A stretch of DNA of 10,000 bases. Origin: Promethearchaeati archaeon (GTDB lineage: Archaea; Asgardarchaeota; Heimdallarchaeia; JABLTI01). Shown here piece by piece: positions 7,141 to 10,000 of this stretch. How positions within the stretch are numbered: the stretch's first letter is position 1; each line of letters begins with the position of its first letter. The position numbers and the translations under genes are program-made. Location: NCBI GenBank assembly GCA_013166835.1, contig JABLTI010000113.1, positions 1 through 10,000 of the forward strand, written 5' to 3'. A model generated the notes under the pieces. It saw nothing but the letters and a program-made list of their open reading frames with translations. It was not told where the DNA came from and made no database searches.

Positions 7141-7419
7141 CTATTCCATTATTATGTGAACTTTGTTTGCTAATCCACGACCTAAAGCTAATTTTGAACC
7201 TTTCACCCGTATCATTACTGGTCCATTAGCGATTTTGTTGACCATTTCAATTTCTACCCCAGGAACTAAACCTAACTCATTTAATCGTTTACAAGCACTC
7301 CTTCCGCCAACAATTTTCCCAATTATTCCTTTTCTTCCAACTTGTAGCATTAATAATGGTTTTGAAGGTCTGCTTGTGTCACCTCGAATACAGTAATCAT
7401 TTGTTTCAATTTCGGTCAT
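7141..7419 (-). CDS. feoA: Ferrous iron transport protein A (FeoA, SH3-like)
   Basis: KRLNELGLVPGVEIEMV..GPVMIRVKGSKLALGRGLANKV matches the FeoA signature. Confidence 0.92.
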   Translation of the reverse strand: MTEIETNDYCIRGDTSRPSKPLLMLQVGRKGIIGKIVGGRSACKRLNELGLVPGVEIEMVNKIANGPVMIRVKGSKLALGRGLANKVHIIME

Positions 7420-7435
7420 TTTTCTTATTCCAAGT

Positions 7436-7478
7436 TAAGGCTTATCTAATAAAAGTTAGGTTGTCCGAACTTAATAAA
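7436..7478 (-). promoter_or_regulatory. feoA promoter with two tandem DtxR/IdeR/MntR-like boxes
   Basis: TAAGG-ctta-TCTAA (7436-7449) and TTAGG-ttgt-CCGAA (7456-7469) both resemble TTAGG-N4-CCTAA. A minus-strand TATA, TTTATTAA, is at 7471-7478. Confidence 0.65.
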
Positions 7479-7522
7479 TCTTATTATGTAGTAAATAAGA
7501 AAGACAAAAAATTACTTTTAAC

Positions 7523-8758
7523 CTATTTATCTTCAAGGAGCATTAATGTGCGAGCAGTTAAATCACTTATAATCTCATTATAATTTGCAAACGCCTCTAT
7601 TGGATTCTTATAATGCGAGAAATAGGAATGAACTTCACCAGGACCCGCATCTGCTTGTGAGATATAATATAAATGATCAGAAGTAGTTAACATTCGCCAA
7701 ATTTCTAAGAGTGTTTTATTATTTAGTTTCTTAATTGGTTTCTCAAGGAATTTCTGATCAACAAATGAGATGTTCTGCAAAGTATTATTCAACCAAGCTC
7801 CTACGTCCCGATCATCAGCCCAGCTAATGGTTGAAAAATCATCTATAGAGATTTTACCAGCTACGGGATAAGCATCAACTACTTCTGTTGGAGTTTTGAA
7901 GTCAATATTATCATGTTTTAATAGCTCTTCTGGGAGGTGCTCGAGGAATTCAAAAATACCACTTTCAGCCCACATATGTTCTCCTAATGATTCATAATCC
8001 ATGAAAATATTGATGCAATCACCGGGGGTTGCGGCTAACCAAGAAGCATACTTATCAGCATAAAGAGGATATTCTTCCCATCTACCAGATCCAAATCTAA
8101 AAGCAACATCATCGCTTAATTTGTAATTTCTAAGTAAAACCTTGAGAGAAGGAGCTTCTTTACTCGAGAAGATGTGATTTGCAGTTTTACCTTTAGGCAA
8201 AACATGTTCTATCCCTTCACCCATAATTGCTTTGAAACCCATTTCTGCGGCTAATTTCATAATTGAATCATTTAAGATTAATTCCGTATTGCGGAAGCTT
8301 GTTGGTTCTACTCCCAACAAATCTTTCATGAGATTGCCATGCCTGGTAACTTGGTCTTTAAATTCCTCTCGGTCGACACCATAGATTGATGTTAGTGAAT
8401 GATAATAAGTCTCAGCTAAGAATTCGACACAACCTGATTCGGCTAGTTGTTTGAAACTATCAATTACATCTGGTTGATATCTTTCTGCTTGTTCTAGAAT
8501 AGTGCCTGTTAAACTAAAGGCTATTTTCACTTTTCGTTTCTCTTTTTTATGCTTGTCAATAGCACTCAACCAAGTTTTATTTGCAGGTAAATAACATTTT
8601 TTCGCTACTCTTTGCATTACGTCTTTGTTTAGTTCTTCATTGAAATAGAGTTTCTCAAGATTTTTAATTGAAGAATCTTGAAAGAAACGATCTCTTCTGA
8701 AGTTTTGATTTAGACGATAAGGTTGATGGACTTGAAAGTAAAATACAATTGATGACAT
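7523..8758 (-). CDS. Glycoside hydrolase family 57 (alpha-amylase/amylopullulanase-like)
   Basis: GH57 conserved regions are HQPYR, ETYYHS, RNTE (nucleophile), DYESLGEH (acid/base), SWAD and TSDHLYY. ATG 8758 is preferred; the ORF track uses GTG 8770. Confidence 0.93.
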   Translation of the reverse strand: MSSIVFYFQVHQPYRLNQNFRRDRFFQDSSIKNLEKLYFNEELNKDVMQRVAKKCYLPANKTWLSAIDKHKKEKRKVKIAFSLTGTILEQAERYQPDVIDSFKQLAESGCVEFLAETYYHSLTSIYGVDREEFKDQVTRHGNLMKDLLGVEPTSFRNTELILNDSIMKLAAEMGFKAIMGEGIEHVLPKGKTANHIFSSKEAPSLKVLLRNYKLSDDVAFRFGSGRWEEYPLYADKYASWLAATPGDCINIFMDYESLGEHMWAESGIFEFLEHLPEELLKHDNIDFKTPTEVVDAYPVAGKISIDDFSTISWADDRDVGAWLNNTLQNISFVDQKFLEKPIKKLNNKTLLEIWRMLTTSDHLYYISQADAGPGEVHSYFSHYKNPIEAFANYNEIISDLTARTLMLLEDK

Positions 8759-8876
8759 GTAGTTATTCACCCAGTAATTTTTTCTGTTGTTTATACTTTA
8801 ACACACGATTATTTCAATATAGTAGTATGTTGTTTATTACATTGAAATAAATTTTCTCTTCGATTTCCGATTGTAA

Positions 8877-8892
8877 GCGAAATGTTTTTACA
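8877..8892 (+). promoter_or_regulatory. Putative BRE/TATA promoter of the bPH-like gene
   Basis: GCGAAA-TG-TTTTTACA shares the GAAATGTTTT core with the element at 6375-6391. Confidence 0.3.
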
Positions 8893-8950
8893 GTTAAAGG
8901 TAACAAACTAGATTACCCTAAAAAGGATGATATTAAGTAGGAAAAATAAA

Positions 8951-9457
8951 ATGTCTAATAATGGACCCGATTCTTTGGAACTCTCCCCTTATTTCAGAGA
9001 AAGAATGCTGAAATCATTTATTGCTTTTGTCGGTTTCGTTCTAGGTATTATTACTGTTGTTGGTTCACTAATTATTGAGTTAAATACCATGGTAAAGTTT
9101 GCATCTTTATTTTTGGGGGCTCTATTCATCTTCTTCTCCCTTTGGAGAATCCTTAGGATAGCTACAGTTAAGCTCTATATAGATGAGGAGGAAATCTGCT
9201 ATCGAGATCGATTCATTTGGAGAAGGATTAACTGGTCCGAAGTTATTTCTGTTGGACGAGAAAATGATATTGAGGAAGATGATCACCAAGGCACACTAAC
9301 GAAGATAAAATCATTGCTCATTTTAACTCATGACGGTCTCAAACAATTTGATATGTCAAGTTATTCATTAACTCATGGAATTGAAACAGCAGATAAAATT
9401 ATGGATTCTCGGAGCATTGCAACTGAAGATGATGATGAATCAATTGAAGAAGAGTAA
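8951..9457 (+). CDS. Two-TM membrane protein with a bacterial PH-like domain and acidic tail
   Basis: Two hydrophobic helices precede KLYIDEEEICYRDRFIWRRINWSEVISV (bPH-like i.W.eI..v pattern). The protein ends EDDDESIEEE. The start is either 8927 or 8951. Confidence 0.6.
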   Translation: MSNNGPDSLELSPYFRERMLKSFIAFVGFVLGIITVVGSLIIELNTMVKFASLFLGALFIFFSLWRILRIATVKLYIDEEEICYRDRFIWRRINWSEVISVGRENDIEEDDHQGTLTKIKSLLILTHDGLKQFDMSSYSLTHGIETADKIMDSRSIATEDDDESIEEE

Positions 9458-9507
9458 AGCACCAAGAATGCTGGAAATAACAGAATTTTTAGTTTGAAAC
9501 CTATTTT

Positions 9508-10000
9508 CTAATCTATTAGAAAGTCTAAGTTAATTTTACCTTCATGATAGATTTTACCTGTTCGTATATCATTGATTATTATTTCTGTGGGAGCTAAGAG
9601 TGTTAAATCAAATTTAGCGAAATCTTTCCCAGCTTCATTAAATAATTCCAAGAATTTCTTACCATAAGAGGATGAGGAATTTGAAGGAATTTTCTTGATT
9701 AGTTCAGGTAGATTGTCATCTTGCTCAGATTTTATAATTAAGTAAAGCTTAGTCCCATAAATTAATGCATTATTTACCCTATCATTTGAAAGCTCATTAT
9801 CTAAAGACATTGGGGGGATTATACCTGTTCCGACGGCGTGAAGGATTCGTTCTTTCGGATAACCTAATTGTTCAACCAGTCTAAAAACTCCGAGCTCAAT
9901 TGCTCTTGCAGCCATTTGGACGTATTCAACTAGACAGGCTGTTTTTATCATTAAAATATACAAGTTCTTTTTTTCAACCTGACATTTCTCTGCGAGATAC
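9508..10000 (-). CDS. mch: Methenyltetrahydromethanopterin cyclohydrolase-like protein, divergent; 5'-truncated by the window edge
   Basis: The frame is open to the edge (YLAEKCQVEKKNLYILM...). Mch-like motifs are VQMAARAIE, NNALIYG, PSNSSSSYGKKF..FNEAGKDF and APTEIIINDIRTGKIYHEGKIN. Confidence 0.8.
   Translation of the reverse strand, partial: YLAEKCQVEKKNLYILMIKTACLVEYVQMAARAIELGVFRLVEQLGYPKERILHAVGTGIIPPMSLDNELSNDRVNNALIYGTKLYLIIKSEQDDNLPELIKKIPSNSSSSYGKKFLELFNEAGKDFAKFDLTLLAPTEIIINDIRTGKIYHEGKINLDFLID

Noticed and set aside
6510-7583. ORFs 6510-6776(-), 7163-7396(+) and 7356-7583(+)
   Set aside because: They are antisense to the RPA32-like gene or feoA, or run across the feoA promoter, and show no protein-like signature.
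116-10000. No TGA stop among the 11 genes (8 TAA, 3 TAG), raising possible recoding
   Set aside because: The sample is small and the DNA is low-GC. No gene needs TGA readthrough to be full length.
1-10000. CRISPR array, tRNA/rRNA, IS elements or tandem nucleotide repeats
   Set aside because: Intergenic gaps are under about 200 bp, and by eye I saw no periodic repeats, cloverleaf or transposase/integrase motifs.

Overview
AT-rich, gene-dense archaeal DNA. The divergent Mch, RPA32-like OB+winged-helix protein, BRE/TATA promoters and sequon-rich, C-terminally anchored surface proteins suggest an Asgard (Heimdall/Loki-like) archaeon, but this is inference. There are 11 credible CDSs. The left half is a co-oriented membrane/surface cluster: a YdjM-type metal-dependent hydrolase with an extra external domain, a TlpA-like+2xIg anchored protein, a TlpA-CcdA/DsbD fusion and a small anchored Cys-pair protein. 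It converges on an OsmC-family gene. The right half holds a conserved unknown 260-aa protein, an RPA32-like gene, a solo feoA with tandem DtxR/IdeR-like boxes, a GH57 amylase, a bPH-like membrane protein and the 3' part of an atypical mch. The most notable points are the putative extracytoplasmic thiol-redox module, a clean ~12-codon gap that removes the first CxxC cysteine from one TlpA paralog, and two operator-like palindromes. I saw no rRNA, tRNA, CRISPR array or mobile element.
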